Source: an uncultured Verrucomicrobiota bacterium (GTDB lineage: Bacteria > Verrucomicrobiota > Kiritimatiellia > RFP12 > UBA3636). From it: DNA of 64,000 nt. The notes below the pieces were generated by a model, which saw only the letters and a program-made list of their open reading frames with translations, was not told the DNA's origin and did not search any database. Location of the stretch: the NCBI GenBank assembly GCA_946624575.1, contig CAMOSH010000001.1, positions 7,778 through 71,777 on the forward strand. The letters are read 5' to 3'. A program made the translations under genes and the position numbers. This document shows, piece after piece, positions 10,214-20,911 of the stretch (position 1 is its first letter; each line of letters opens with the position of its first letter).

Positions 10214-12235
10214 CTACCTGCGGCCCAGGCGGCGTTCGACGTCGCCAAGCGGGTAGTGTACCATTGTGGGTCGTCCTCCCGGCGTGGCGTATGGTTGGCG
10301 GCAGGAGGCCAATTCCAGCAGGAGCGTTTCGATTTCGCGGGGATCGGCCAATTTGAGTGATCGGCCGGCTTCGCGCGCCGCGATTACGGCGATTCTTTCT
10401 TCGCGCCAGCGTTCGCGTCCGCGTTTCGGGCCGGCTTCCGCGAATGCGCGCGCCGTTTCCTCCAGTAGCATTCTGGCGTCGGCTTCGCACGCCGCGTCCG
10501 GCAGGGCGCGCACCACGAATGTGTCGCCGCCGAAATCCTCGATGTCGAAACCCATCGATTCGAAAACCGGCAGCAGCGAACGGACGCGCTGGGCGTCGAG
10601 CGGCGGCAGCTGCACCGTCTGCGGCAGCAGAAGCGCCTGGGATGCGCTTTCGTCCGACGACGTCATGTGCATGAGTCGCTCGTACGCTATGCGCTCGCGT
10701 GCCGCCGCTGGATCCACGACCGCGAATCCGCCGCCGGGGGTTTCCACCAGAATGTATCCGGAGCGCAATTGCCCGATGAGCCTGAATGCCGACGCAAGCC
10801 CTGAATGCCGCCGCTGCGGTGTCGGCGCGGCGGGAGCCGCTGCGGTATCGGCGCCGGCGGGAATTCCGGCGGGGGTGTTGTCGGGGCGGCGCGTTCCGGT
10901 CGGCAGAAACGTTGTGTCGTCGACCGGGGTGAAGAATGTCTGGATGGGCGGCGGCGCGAGCGCAATCGGCGGTGCCGGGGGGCGAAGCGGCGGCGCCGCC
11001 GGGATTTCGGAATTGGCGGGGGTGGAAATCTGGAGCGGATGCTCCCCCCTGGCGACATTGGCGCCGGGTGTCGCCGGCCTCTCGCGCGGCAGCGCCGGCG
11101 GGGGCGGGGCGGGGTGGGGCGGCAAAGGCGATGGCCGGACTGGCGGCGGCGCGGGAACTGCGGCCGCGGCGGCCGCCGAACCGGCCGCGAAGGTGCCGCC
11201 TCGAAAATCGGCCCCGGTGGGCTCCGCGTCCGGCTCGGCGCCGCGCAGCGCGAGCGCCAGCGCGGCGAGGACTGCGTCGCGGACCGCCGCCGCGGCGCGA
11301 AAGCGGACTTCGCGCTTTGCGGGATGCACGTTGACGTCCACCTGCGACCCCGGGACGTCGATGAAAAGAAACACCACGGGGCGGCGCCCCGCCGGAAGGC
11401 GCTGGTAGGATTCGCGGATGGCGGCCTGGACTATCGGCGCAGTGGCGGGGCGCCCGTTTATGAAGACGTACTGCCCGGCAGTGTCGCCGCGCGTGTTGTC
11501 CGGCCTTCCCGCCCAGCCGCTCACACGGATGTCGCCATCGGCGTGTTCGACCGGGAAGAAGCGCGAAAGGAAACCGGTTCCGAAAAGTGCCTCGATGCGT
11601 TCGCCGCGGCTTGACGCAGCCTGAAGGCGGCTCACGGCGTCGCCGTCGCACACAAGTTCCATCGCCACGTGCGGCCAGGCGATCGCATGGACCAGAAACT
11701 GCGCGCGGACATGCGCCTGCTCCGTGGCGTAGGACCTTAAAAACGCGCGTCTGGCCGGGAGATTGTAGAAAAGGTCGCGCACTTCGACGCAGGTGCCGGG
11801 CGGGGCGCCGCAATCGGACACGTCCGCAAGAACCCCGCCGTTGATTTCGACGCGCGTTCCTGCGGAGTCTCCGGCTCGCCGGGTCACGAGCATGAACCGC
11901 GAGACGGACGCGATCGAGGGGAGTGCCTCGCCGCGAAAGCCCATCGTCTCGATGGACTCGAGGTCCTCGGCCCTGCGCAGCTTGCTCGTGGCCTGGCGCT
12001 GGGGCGCCAGCAGCGCGTCGTCGCGGTTCATTCCGCAGCCGTCGTCGGACACCGACACCAGGCGCCGCCCGCCTGCCACGATCGTCACGCGAATGCGCCT
12101 GGCCCCGGCGTCAAGAGCGTTTTCCAGAAGCTCCTTGACGACTGACGCCGGCCGCTCCACCACCTCGCCGGCGGCGATTTTGTTCGCCACGTCCTCCGGC
12201 AGGAGGCGTATCACGGAACCGGCGGCGTCTGGCAT
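10214..12235 (-). CDS. mutL: DNA mismatch repair protein MutL
   Basis: N-terminal IRLLPEDVANKIAAGEVVERPASVVKELLENALDAG GHKL ATPase signature. Pro/Ala-rich linker and C-terminal dimerisation domain. Confidence 0.85.
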   Translation of the reverse strand: MPDAAGSVIRLLPEDVANKIAAGEVVERPASVVKELLENALDAGARRIRVTIVAGGRRLVSVSDDGCGMNRDDALLAPQRQATSKLRRAEDLESIETMGFRGEALPSIASVSRFMLVTRRAGDSAGTRVEINGGVLADVSDCGAPPGTCVEVRDLFYNLPARRAFLRSYATEQAHVRAQFLVHAIAWPHVAMELVCDGDAVSRLQAASSRGERIEALFGTGFLSRFFPVEHADGDIRVSGWAGRPDNTRGDTAGQYVFINGRPATAPIVQAAIRESYQRLPAGRRPVVFLFIDVPGSQVDVNVHPAKREVRFRAAAAVRDAVLAALALALRGAEPDAEPTGADFRGGTFAAGSAAAAAAVPAPPPVRPSPLPPHPAPPPPALPRERPATPGANVARGEHPLQISTPANSEIPAAPPLRPPAPPIALAPPPIQTFFTPVDDTTFLPTGTRRPDNTPAGIPAGADTAAAPAAPTPQRRHSGLASAFRLIGQLRSGYILVETPGGGFAVVDPAAARERIAYERLMHMTSSDESASQALLLPQTVQLPPLDAQRVRSLLPVFESMGFDIEDFGGDTFVVRALPDAACEADARMLLEETARAFAEAGPKRGRERWREERIAVIAAREAGRSLKLADPREIETLLLELASCRQPYATPGGRPTMVHYPLGDVERRLGRR

Positions 12236-12244
12236 CGCGGCGGC

Positions 12245-12787
12245 TCAGAGCCCGAGCAGTCGGGCGACTTCCGGGTCCTTGGCGCGGACTTCGTCCGGCG
12301 TCAGCCCCATCAGTTCGTGAGGGAACACAAGCCAGGCGTCCGTCTCGCGCAGGTAGTATTCCGGCTTGAAGGGCCAGCGGCTGCGCGCGGGCTTGTAGTA
12401 GAGCGTCGCGAACCGCAGATCCTTCACGAACGGGCGAAACGCCTCCTTGACCGCGGCCACGGTGTCGCCGCTGTCGAAGATGTCGTCCACGACAAGCACC
12501 CTTTCGGCCGCGCGAAGATGGTCGATCACGGCGCCGAGATTGTCGATCACCGGATGCTTGTGGGTCCCGATCCCGGTGTACGCCTGCGTCTTGATCGCGG
12601 TGTGCCAGCACTCGACGCCGAGATAGTGGAGAAACTCCTGCACGGCGACTGCGACGGGCGTGCCGCCGCGCCACAGCCCTATCACCACGTCCGGCCTGAA
12701 GCCGTCGTCGTAGATCTTGCGCGCCAGTGCGAAACTGTCGCGCGTCAGCCCGTTGGAGTCCAGGAATATCTTGCCGTCCATTTCCAC
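12245..12787 (-). CDS. purine phosphoribosyltransferase (XPRT/HGPRT-like, type I PRTase)
   Basis: PRPP-binding motif VLVVDDIFDSGDT. 180 aa. Ends 10 bp upstream of the mutL start, so probably co-transcribed. Confidence 0.6.
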   Translation of the reverse strand: MEMDGKIFLDSNGLTRDSFALARKIYDDGFRPDVVIGLWRGGTPVAVAVQEFLHYLGVECWHTAIKTQAYTGIGTHKHPVIDNLGAVIDHLRAAERVLVVDDIFDSGDTVAAVKEAFRPFVKDLRFATLYYKPARSRWPFKPEYYLRETDAWLVFPHELMGLTPDEVRAKDPEVARLLGL

Positions 12788-12796
12788 GATCCGGCT

Positions 12797-13684
12797 TCAG
12801 GCGCGACCGGCCTTGCGCAGCGATTCCGCGAACATGCGTTCCACGCGGCGGCCGTATTCGATGTACGCGGCGCGGCAGCGCACCGGATCTGGCTTGCCCT
12901 GCGGATCGTGGAAAACGTGCACGAGATGCGGTTCGATGGAAATGCCGCCGTCGTATCCGCGCATGGCCAGATCGTCGAAAATCCTCTGGATTTCGAGCGA
13001 CCCCTCGTCCGGATAGGAATAGACCATCTTGCCGTCGACCATCCTGCCGTCCTTGACGTGGACGTAGGCGACATGGTCCGCGACTGCGCGGTAGAACTCC
13101 CAGGGGTCCTGGTAGGGATAGGGCTCGGGCTTCGTCCGGTCGAGCGTGAATACTGGGTTGCCGGTGTCGAACACGAGCTTGATGCCGGGGACGTTGTCGA
13201 TGATTTCGAGCGTGTAGCTCCATCCGAGGCCGCCGTAGTTCATGCAGTTTTCGTGGACCGGCTGGAGTCCGGCCGCGAGGAACTTCCCGACGATGGCGCG
13301 CATGCGCTCGAAGCGCACTTCCTTCATCTGGTCGTCGGGAGCGCGGTCGGGAAGCACGGCGTAGCTCATGATGCGCACGAGCTTGGTGCCCAGGCGCAGC
13401 ATCCTGCGGATGGCGCGTTCGGTCTGTTCGAGATCCTTTTCGAAATCGGCCTCAGAGTCGATTTTCTTTCCCCAGTTGGCTATCGAGGAACCGAAGCAGT
13501 TGATCTTCACTCCGGCGGCTTCAAGTTTTTCCGCGACGCGGTCGAAGGCCTCGTCTGACAGGTCGTGTATGTTCACGCCGTCGATGTTGCGGGATTCAAT
13601 GTTCGACCAGCCAAGTTCCCTGGTGACGGCGATCTGATCGTCGATTCCCTGGGCGGCTTCGTCAGCAAAACCGGTGAAGTACAT
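12797..13684 (-). CDS. sugar phosphate isomerase/epimerase (xylose isomerase-like TIM barrel)
   Basis: Fold-level similarity (VHVKDG, IEPH). First gene of the - strand isomerase-PRTase-mutL string. Confidence 0.55.
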   Translation of the reverse strand: MYFTGFADEAAQGIDDQIAVTRELGWSNIESRNIDGVNIHDLSDEAFDRVAEKLEAAGVKINCFGSSIANWGKKIDSEADFEKDLEQTERAIRRMLRLGTKLVRIMSYAVLPDRAPDDQMKEVRFERMRAIVGKFLAAGLQPVHENCMNYGGLGWSYTLEIIDNVPGIKLVFDTGNPVFTLDRTKPEPYPYQDPWEFYRAVADHVAYVHVKDGRMVDGKMVYSYPDEGSLEIQRIFDDLAMRGYDGGISIEPHLVHVFHDPQGKPDPVRCRAAYIEYGRRVERMFAESLRKAGRA

Positions 13685-13725
13685 GGAAGTCTTCCGTGTG
13701 TTGATGTTGTGATGGAAGCGGAAAA

Positions 13726-13762
13726 AAACGCGACCGGGGCGGGTCCGCCCCGTGTGCCCGAA
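13726..13762 (-). terminator. putative intrinsic terminator hairpin (minus-strand sense)
   Basis: On the - strand: CGGGGCG, loop GACC, CGCCCCG, then gtcgcg and TTTTTTT. Lies in the purL 3' intergenic region, about 40 bp upstream of the isomerase start. Confidence 0.3.
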
Positions 13763-14072
13763 AGTCTAGCAGAACGCCACTGGCAAATCCACCCCCCCCG
13801 CGTCGGCTGGGCGTGACCAAAATCTGTTCGTGCAACGGAACGCAAAGAGCGCAGGGAAATTTGCGGTTGTGGCATCGGACGCCGCCGTTGGCGGCTATGC
13901 CACAAGCCGCCATCTTTAGTCCACTGTTTTTGGCCCCACAAAAAACGCGGGTCGATTGTGTCATAGCCGTGCAGCGGCGTTCAATGACACATCGGCCCGC
14001 GTGATTGCGGCCTTTGCGTTCTGACAAAGTTTGGCCACACCCCCGTCGGCTCTGGAGTTTGGGGAATAATCG

Positions 14073-17000
14073 CTAGCCGCAGAATTCGCGCGCGTTGCGG
14101 AACATGCGCATCCAGGGGCCGTCCTCTCCGTCGCAGAAGCCAGCGGGCCGCCAGGAAAGCTGTACCGAGCGGAAGCAGCGCTCCGGGTGGGGCATCATGA
14201 TCGTGGCGCGGCCGTCGAGCGTCGTGAAGCCGGTCAGTCCGCCTTCGCTGCCGTTGGGGTTGAACGGATAGCGCTCCGTGGGGGCGCCGGTGCCGTCGAC
14301 ATAGCGCAGGCTGGCGCGCTCGGTCGAAAGGACCCGCATTCTGGCCTCCTCGGTCTCGAACCGCGCGAAGCCCTCGCCGTGGGCCACTGCAATCGGCAGG
14401 CGCGAACCCTCCATTCCGCGCAGCAGGACGGACGGTGACTTCATGACTTCGAGCGTTGCGTAGCGCGCTTCGAACTGCATGGAGCGGTTGTGCAGGAAGC
14501 GCGGCCAGTCGCGGGCGCCTGGAATGATGTCGCGCAGCTGCGAAACCATCTGGCAGCCATTGCAGACGCCGAGCGTGAACGTGTCGCTGCGGTTGAAGAA
14601 CGACTCGAACATGTCGCGCAGGCGGTGGTTGAAGAGAATCGTCTTGGCCCAGCCGGATCCCGCGCCGAGCACGTCGCCGTAGCTGAAGCCGCCGCAGGCC
14701 ACAAGGCCGGAGAAGCCTGAAAGCGCGGCGCGGCCGGAAAGCAGGTCCGTGACGTGGACGTCGACCGCCTCGAAGCCCGCGGCGTCGAATGCCGCGGCCA
14801 TTTCGACATGTCCGTTGACGCCCTCCTCGCGCAGGATCGCGACGCGCGGGCGAACGGAGGAATCGGCGACCTTGGGTGCCTGCTCCGGATCGAACGAAAG
14901 GGAAAAGCGCATCGGCGCGGGATTTTCCTCGGCCGCGTTTTCGCGTTCCTGGCGTGCGCATTCAGGATTGTCGCGCAGTTCGCGCATGCGCACGGATCCT
15001 TCGCTCCAGATCGCGCGGATGCGGTTGAGGGGCGCGTCCAGCTTGATCGTGGCGCCGAAGCGGACGCACATGAAGCGGTTGCGCGTTTCGACGGTGCCTA
15101 TTCTGGAGACTGGCAGGCCGGCCTCGGAGAAGGCGGAAAGGACTCCGCCCTCGTCGCTTCCGGCGACCTGAATCACCATGCCGGGCTCTTCGCAGAAGAG
15201 AGTGGCCAGGCATTCCTGCTGCGTTCCGGCCGACGGGAAGCGCAAATCGACGCCGACGCCTCCGGCAATGGCCATTTCGGCCACGGTCGTGGCGAGTCCG
15301 CCGTCGGAGCGGTCGTGCGCCGCGAGCAGCCGCCCTTCGCGAAGCAGCCGCTGGAACACGGGCCAGAATGCGACCAGACGGGCGGGATCGTCGAAGTCCG
15401 GGACGTCGCCGCCTACGATGCCCCAGCACTGCGAAAGAATGGAACCGCCGAGCCGATGCCTGCCGCCGGAGAAATCGACGAGAATCAGACTGGAGCCCGG
15501 AACGGGCTTGAGCTCTGGCGTGATGCCGACGCGCACGTCCGGCACCGCGCCAAACGCGCTCACGACGAGGGAAACCGGGGACAGGCGCTTGTGGGTGACA
15601 TCCGGTCCGGGTGCGCCGTCCGGTCCGGGAGCGCCGGCCTCCGTCCAGACAGTCGACATTGAGCAGGAATCCTTGCCCACCGGGATTGACAGACCGGCGG
15701 CAGGGCAGAATTCCATGCCGACGGCGCGCACGGTGTCGTACAGCGCGGCGTCCTGCCCCGGCTGACCGCAGGCGGCCATCCAGTTCGCGGAAAGCTTGAC
15801 GCCGCCAAGCTCCGGAACGCCGGCGGATGCCAGGTTGAGGACCGCCTCCGCGACCGCCAGGCGCCCTGACGCCGGAGCGTCGGTGACCGCCACGGGCGAA
15901 CGTTCGCCGCAGGACATGGCCGCGCCGTCGTATCCCTTGTAGCCGGTCGTGACCACGGCGTTGTCCGCGACGGGGAGCTGGAACGGGCCGCACATCTGGT
16001 CGCGATGGACCATGCCGGTGACGGTGCGGTCCGCAATCGAAATCAGGAACGTCTTGTCGCCGACGGTGGGATGCGCCAGGACGCGATACAGCGCGTCGAG
16101 GGCTTCGGGCGCGACGGGCGGCGGGTCGGCCGGGGCGTCCGCGACCGCGGGGTCCGCAGTTTCCTCTGTCGGGTCGTCGGCCGTTTTCTCGGCGGGCGAG
16201 TCCGCGACAGCGGGGTCCGCCGTTTCCTCAGCCGGGGCGTCCGCGGACTCGGCGGACTTTGAGGTTTCGTCAGGTTCGGCGGAGACCGTGGCGTCGGCGG
16301 TGGAGTTCGGCGCGTCGGCGACTGGTTCGTCTTGCGTGGCCGGAGCGTCCGGTTCGGCTTCGTCGCGCGAGCCGTCCTGACCGAGGCGGCGTCTTTGCAG
16401 CGCCTCGAATTCTGCGAGAAGAGGATCGACAACCTCCGGAAGCGGCGGACGCCGGCACGTGGCGTCAGTGGCTTCGGTGAGGACCGTCGCGCCGGCGTCG
16501 CCGGCGTCGGCGTCGGCGGTGCCGTCCTCGCTGGCCTCGGCGTCCGCGTTCCCGCTGGCCTGCGGCGGCGGCGTCTCCGACGTGGAATCGCCAATGGCCA
16601 CCGTCGCCTGCGTCGCGTCGTCTTCGGCGTTTTCTGGGGCGGGGGAGGAGTCGGACTCGGCCGCGGCGCCGAATCCGGCAGGCAGCGCCGAGCGAACGGC
16701 CGGAGACGCGAACGCAACGGGGGGCAATTCGACGGGGCAGTGGCGGGCGTCGCGGTGCATTCGCGGAGGCTTGCCGAGAAGCACCCCCACGTCCATGTCA
16801 ATCGGCTTGTCACCGAAAACCGAATCTTCGAGGACGAGCCTGTGGTCGCCCGTGGCCACGCCGATGAAGGCCACCGGGCAGCGTTCGCGCTCGCAGAGCT
16901 TTTCGAATGCGTCCCTCGACTCCGGCCTGATCGCCAGCACGTAGCGCTCCTGCGCCTCGCAGCACCAGATTTCCATGGGGGTCATGGACGGCTCTTCGTT

Positions 17001-18629
17001 GTGGACTGCGCGCAGCTCGAACCGGCCGCCGGTCTTTTCCACGAGTTCGGGGCAGCCGTTGGAGAGGCCGCCCGCGCCCAGGTCGTGGATCGAGAGAATG
17101 GGATTGCGGTCCGGACCCATGGCGACGCATTCTTCGATCACCTCCTGGCAGCGGCGCTGCATTTCGGCGTTGCCGCGCTGCACCGAATCGAAATCCAGTT
17201 CTGCGTCGTTGGAGCCGAGAACGAGGGAGGAGGCGGCGCCGCCGCCAAGGCCGATGCGCATGGCCGGACCGCCGATCTGGACGATGAGCGAGCCTTCCGG
17301 AATCTCCTTCTTCTCGATCATGGAGCGGCGGATGTTCCCCATGCCGCCGGCAAGCATGATCGGCTTGTCGTAGCCCCATTCGCGCCCGCCGGCCTTCGCC
17401 TCGAACGTACGGAAGAACCCGCACAGCTGCGGGCGCCCGAACTCGTTGCCGAACGACGCGCCGCCGATGGGGCCGTCGAGCATGATTTGCAGCGGCGAAG
17501 CGAGACGCGGATTCCTGGCTGCTGGCTTTTCCCAGGGCAGAGTCCAGCCGGGAATGCGCAGATTGGAGACCATGAAGCCGCAAATGCCGCATTTGGTGCG
17601 CGACCCGGTGCCGGTGGCGGCTTCGTCGCGGATTTCGCCGCCGACGCCGGTGGCGGCGCCGGGAAACGGGGATATGGCGGTCGGGTGGTTGTGGGTCTCG
17701 ACCTTCATCAGGATGTCGATCAGATCGGGCTCGTAGCGCCAGACGCGCGTTTCGGGATCGCGTACAAACGCCTGGTTGTCGAAGCCCTCGATCACCGACG
17801 AATTGTCCTTGTACGCAAGAAGCGTCCCGTCCGGATGGCTCTCGTGCGTGTTGCGGATCATGCTGAAGAGCGAACGGTCCTGCTTCTTGCCGTCGATCGT
17901 CCACTCCGCATTGAAGATCTTGTGCCTGCAATGCTCGGAATTCACCTGGCCGAACATGGTGATTTCGGTGTCGGTGGGATTCTTGCCGGCCTTCGCGAAG
18001 CTGTCGGCGAGGTAGTCGATTTCGTCCGGTGCCAGGGCGAGCCCCATTTCGACATTCGCCTTTTCGATTGCGGCGCGGCCTTCGGAAAGCACGTCCCAGG
18101 TGCGTCCCGGGCGCGGCTCGCCGGCGGCGAAGATGTCGGAGAGGTCATCGTACACTCCCTCCGTCATGCGGTCGTGAAGCGCGGGGAGCGCGGGGCGGAT
18201 CTGGTCCAGCGTGAGAGCCTCGCCGGCGCGGACCGCGCGGAACGCGATTGCGCGCTCGACGCGCCGCACCGAGCGCCCGAGCCCGCACGAGCGGAATATG
18301 TCGCTGGCCTTGGAACTCCAGGGTGAAATCGTCCCCTTGCGAGGCGCAACGAAAAAGACGCCATTTTCGCGCGGCGTGGCGCGGCCGACGGCGCCAAGAA
18401 GCTCCGAGGCCTTGACGACCGCGTCGTCAGGCAGCGCGCCGTCGTCGTCCAGCAGATAGATCCAGTCGGCCGACAACTCCACGGGAGCGTCGGTTTTTTC
18501 CTGCCTGCTTGCGGCGGGCCTGTCGTCGGCCGGAGCCTCGCCGCCTCCGCGGATGAGTTCGTTCACCGCGCCAGCGAGCGCGTCAAGCCTGAATTTCGGA
18601 AATGCCTGCGTTCCCAGAAGAGTTGTCAT
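14073..18629 (-). CDS. purL: phosphoribosylformylglycinamidine synthase, large single-chain type
   Basis: FGAM synthetase N-domain, AIR-synthase-like repeats and C-terminal glutaminase domain (GVCNGCQM). ATG at 18629 ([10 protein letters not shown]). Carries a roughly 190-aa acidic low-complexity insertion. Confidence 0.9.
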   Translation of the reverse strand: MTTLLGTQAFPKFRLDALAGAVNELIRGGGEAPADDRPAASRQEKTDAPVELSADWIYLLDDDGALPDDAVVKASELLGAVGRATPRENGVFFVAPRKGTISPWSSKASDIFRSCGLGRSVRRVERAIAFRAVRAGEALTLDQIRPALPALHDRMTEGVYDDLSDIFAAGEPRPGRTWDVLSEGRAAIEKANVEMGLALAPDEIDYLADSFAKAGKNPTDTEITMFGQVNSEHCRHKIFNAEWTIDGKKQDRSLFSMIRNTHESHPDGTLLAYKDNSSVIEGFDNQAFVRDPETRVWRYEPDLIDILMKVETHNHPTAISPFPGAATGVGGEIRDEAATGTGSRTKCGICGFMVSNLRIPGWTLPWEKPAARNPRLASPLQIMLDGPIGGASFGNEFGRPQLCGFFRTFEAKAGGREWGYDKPIMLAGGMGNIRRSMIEKKEIPEGSLIVQIGGPAMRIGLGGGAASSLVLGSNDAELDFDSVQRGNAEMQRRCQEVIEECVAMGPDRNPILSIHDLGAGGLSNGCPELVEKTGGRFELRAVHNEEPSMTPMEIWCCEAQERYVLAIRPESRDAFEKLCERERCPVAFIGVATGDHRLVLEDSVFGDKPIDMDVGVLLGKPPRMHRDARHCPVELPPVAFASPAVRSALPAGFGAAAESDSSPAPENAEDDATQATVAIGDSTSETPPPQASGNADAEASEDGTADADAGDAGATVLTEATDATCRRPPLPEVVDPLLAEFEALQRRRLGQDGSRDEAEPDAPATQDEPVADAPNSTADATVSAEPDETSKSAESADAPAEETADPAVADSPAEKTADDPTEETADPAVADAPADPPPVAPEALDALYRVLAHPTVGDKTFLISIADRTVTGMVHRDQMCGPFQLPVADNAVVTTGYKGYDGAAMSCGERSPVAVTDAPASGRLAVAEAVLNLASAGVPELGGVKLSANWMAACGQPGQDAALYDTVRAVGMEFCPAAGLSIPVGKDSCSMSTVWTEAGAPGPDGAPGPDVTHKRLSPVSLVVSAFGAVPDVRVGITPELKPVPGSSLILVDFSGGRHRLGGSILSQCWGIVGGDVPDFDDPARLVAFWPVFQRLLREGRLLAAHDRSDGGLATTVAEMAIAGGVGVDLRFPSAGTQQECLATLFCEEPGMVIQVAGSDEGGVLSAFSEAGLPVSRIGTVETRNRFMCVRFGATIKLDAPLNRIRAIWSEGSVRMRELRDNPECARQERENAAEENPAPMRFSLSFDPEQAPKVADSSVRPRVAILREEGVNGHVEMAAAFDAAGFEAVDVHVTDLLSGRAALSGFSGLVACGGFSYGDVLGAGSGWAKTILFNHRLRDMFESFFNRSDTFTLGVCNGCQMVSQLRDIIPGARDWPRFLHNRSMQFEARYATLEVMKSPSVLLRGMEGSRLPIAVAHGEGFARFETEEARMRVLSTERASLRYVDGTGAPTERYPFNPNGSEGGLTGFTTLDGRATIMMPHPERCFRSVQLSWRPAGFCDGEDGPWMRMFRNAREFCG

Positions 18630-18760
18630 GGCGAGAAATCGTCGGTTTTCGTGACGTCCGCGGGGGCGGCGCCGATTTTTTTTCGCCCCGGCCCGCGTGA
18701 TTCGCGCCAACTCTACCACAATCGCCTCTTCAGTGCATTCGCAAATTTCTATCGGCGGTC

Positions 18761-18861
18761 AGGAGCCCGGCGCACCCTTTGCCGCCAATATTCCGACCAT
18801 GGTTTCAATTTGCGGCGCTTTTGGCTTGTCGGCGGTCAGGAGCCAGGCGCACCCTTTGCGG
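18761..18861 (+). promoter_or_regulatory. pair of 34-bp direct repeats in the purL/EPS-cluster divergent promoter region
   Basis: aTCGGCGGTCAGGAGCCcGGCGCACCCTTTGCcG at 18761-18794 and gTCGGCGGTCAGGAGCCaGGCGCACCCTTTGCgG at 18828-18861 (32/34 identical), 67 bp apart. They are 55 bp upstream of the 18917 start. Confidence 0.4.
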
Positions 18862-18916
18862 GCGAGACTCCCGGCACCCGGATTCCGCGTGGTTTGCTTG
18901 ACTTTTTGAGGGATTT

Positions 18917-20911
18917 ATGACTGAATTCCCCGCGCAATACATGGAATACGTGATGTCAGAAAGCGAACGGGAGCAGCTTCAGCGGCTCTCGCTCCTCCAG
19001 AAGGTTTCAGGTCTCATTCTCAAAAAATGGGCCTGGTTGCTGGTGGGAACATTCGTTTTTCTGGCGCTTTCCTTCACGGCGTTTCTCGTGCGGCACACCG
19101 CCACCAGCGGCCACAGGTACACCGCGGTCACGAGCCTCATGTACGCGCCGCGGCAGGTGGCGCGCATCGAGAACATGAGCGACAAGCAGCTCATGAGCGT
19201 CCTGAGCCGGCGGTCCGTGAAGCGCAGGGTTGCCGGGGCGCTGCCCATGACGCGCGACGAGCTGGAATGCCTCACGATCGACCTGGAGATCCGGCAGGAG
19301 CGCCATCCGTCGAACATATTCTCGCTCACGGCCCGCGCGCCGTCCCGCGCCAACGCCGTCGCCAAGGTCAACGCATACGCGGCGCTTCTCATAAAGGAAT
19401 ATGTTTCGTACCGGACGATCGACCTGGAGAACTGGCGCGAATCGATCGTGGTGCGCAAGCAGTCGCTGCAGCGCCAGATTGCCGACCTGGAGAGCGAAGA
19501 GGCGACGGTCAAGGCGAGCGCCGGCGTCGTGGCGCCAGTCGAGACGCTGACGATGATCAACTCCATGCTCTCCGACCAGCGCCGCAACCAGTCCGACCTC
19601 AATGTCCAGATCGCCAACGAGGAGGCCAAGCGCAGAAGGTTGGAGGCTTCCGTCGGCAAGATCGGACCTCTCGTGGCGGAAAACGCCAACGCGATACGCC
19701 GCAAGACGGAGGAAATCTCCGCGCTCGACGCCGAAATCGCGCGGATGCGCGAAATCTACACTGACGCCAATCCCAAGGTCATCGGCAAGCTCGAAGACCG
19801 CCAGCGCCTCATGCAGGACTATTCCCGGTATCTGGAGTCACGCGGCATGACGGGCGTCGATCCGGCGTCGATCGACAGACTGACGGAATCGGCCGACGAG
19901 CTGGCCGAAGTGACGATGCGCGTGGCGGCGCTCAAGGAAAACCTCGCGGCGGTGAACCGCGCGATCGAGGACAACGAGAAGCGGGCCGGGGAACTGACGG
20001 CTGTCATTCCGGCCTTCGAGCGCCTGCGGGTGCGGCGCGCGGATCTTGAGACCATAATGCGCGGGCTGGACGACCAGCTGGAGAACATTTCCTACCTCGA
20101 AATGTCGATCGCCAACGACCTGCGGCAGATCGAGCGCACGGAGGGCGCGGACGGCACCGACCCGCTGCGCAGCCGCAACTTCGTCATCGCCTTCGCGGCG
20201 GCGGCGTTCTGCACCGCGGTTCTGGCGTTCTGGATCCTGGCGCTGGAGCTGGCCTTCGGCAGGGTGTCCGGCGGTCGCGAAATCGCGGTCTACGACGACA
20301 TGCGCTACCTTGGCGCCATGCCGGTGAAGGGCTCCATGTCGGAAGGCGCGGAGAAGGACGTGCTCGGCGTGATCTCGCTCAAGGTGGCCGAGGCCGACGT
20401 CCCGAACGGCATCGTCCTCGTGAGCCGTCTGCCCGGGGCGCAGTGGCATCCCGGCTTCTGGGAGTCGCTGGACTGGACGCTTTCGATGGCCGGGCGGCCG
20501 TCGTTCACGCTGGAAATAGTCTCGACGGCGGAATTCACGCCGCCGGAAGGCGCGGAAACGCTCGTGAATGCCGTGTGCAAGGGGCAGAAGGGCTGGTTCC
20601 CGGTGGACAACCGCTACACTCTGGCCCCCACGGAGCTGCAGCTCCTGCAGGCCGACTTGCAGCAGCTGCGCGAGAAATACGACATGATTCTTCTGGCGAT
20701 GCCGAGCGACATCCGCCGCGGCGGCAGTTTCTACGACCAGCTCCTTGGCGTGTGCGACACGGTGCTGCTCGGCATCGGCGTCGGGAAGACCCCGCGCACC
20801 TGGTTCTCGTATGCGAGGACGCACGTCGAGACGGCGAAGAAGCAGGCCATGGCCGTGGCCACCGGGGAAAGCGCGCGCAAGGTGCGCAGGGAAATGGAGG
20901 CAAGGCATTGA
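18917..20911 (+). CDS. polysaccharide co-polymerase (Wzc/GumC/chain-length-determinant family) with degenerate C-terminal kinase-like domain
   Basis: TM helix near the N-terminus (WAWLLVGTFVFLALSFTAFLV), long periplasmic coiled coil, second TM (FVIAFAAAAFCTAVLAFWILAL). The C-terminal domain lacks a clear Walker A GKS/T motif. Confidence 0.55.
   Translation: MTEFPAQYMEYVMSESEREQLQRLSLLQKVSGLILKKWAWLLVGTFVFLALSFTAFLVRHTATSGHRYTAVTSLMYAPRQVARIENMSDKQLMSVLSRRSVKRRVAGALPMTRDELECLTIDLEIRQERHPSNIFSLTARAPSRANAVAKVNAYAALLIKEYVSYRTIDLENWRESIVVRKQSLQRQIADLESEEATVKASAGVVAPVETLTMINSMLSDQRRNQSDLNVQIANEEAKRRRLEASVGKIGPLVAENANAIRRKTEEISALDAEIARMREIYTDANPKVIGKLEDRQRLMQDYSRYLESRGMTGVDPASIDRLTESADELAEVTMRVAALKENLAAVNRAIEDNEKRAGELTAVIPAFERLRVRRADLETIMRGLDDQLENISYLEMSIANDLRQIERTEGADGTDPLRSRNFVIAFAAAAFCTAVLAFWILALELAFGRVSGGREIAVYDDMRYLGAMPVKGSMSEGAEKDVLGVISLKVAEADVPNGIVLVSRLPGAQWHPGFWESLDWTLSMAGRPSFTLEIVSTAEFTPPEGAETLVNAVCKGQKGWFPVDNRYTLAPTELQLLQADLQQLREKYDMILLAMPSDIRRGGSFYDQLLGVCDTVLLGIGVGKTPRTWFSYARTHVETAKKQAMAVATGESARKVRREMEARH

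Noticed and set aside
10143-11813. 556-aa minus-strand ORF, and 10266..11408 plus-strand ORF, overlapping mutL
   Set aside because: Shadow frames of mutL. Arg/Pro/Gly-rich nonsense with no domain signatures.
13790-14070. Possible tRNA or small RNA gene in the purL 3' intergenic region
   Set aside because: No cloverleaf-compatible sequence and no T-loop GTTCGAATC-like box. Retained only as unexplained stem-loops in findings.
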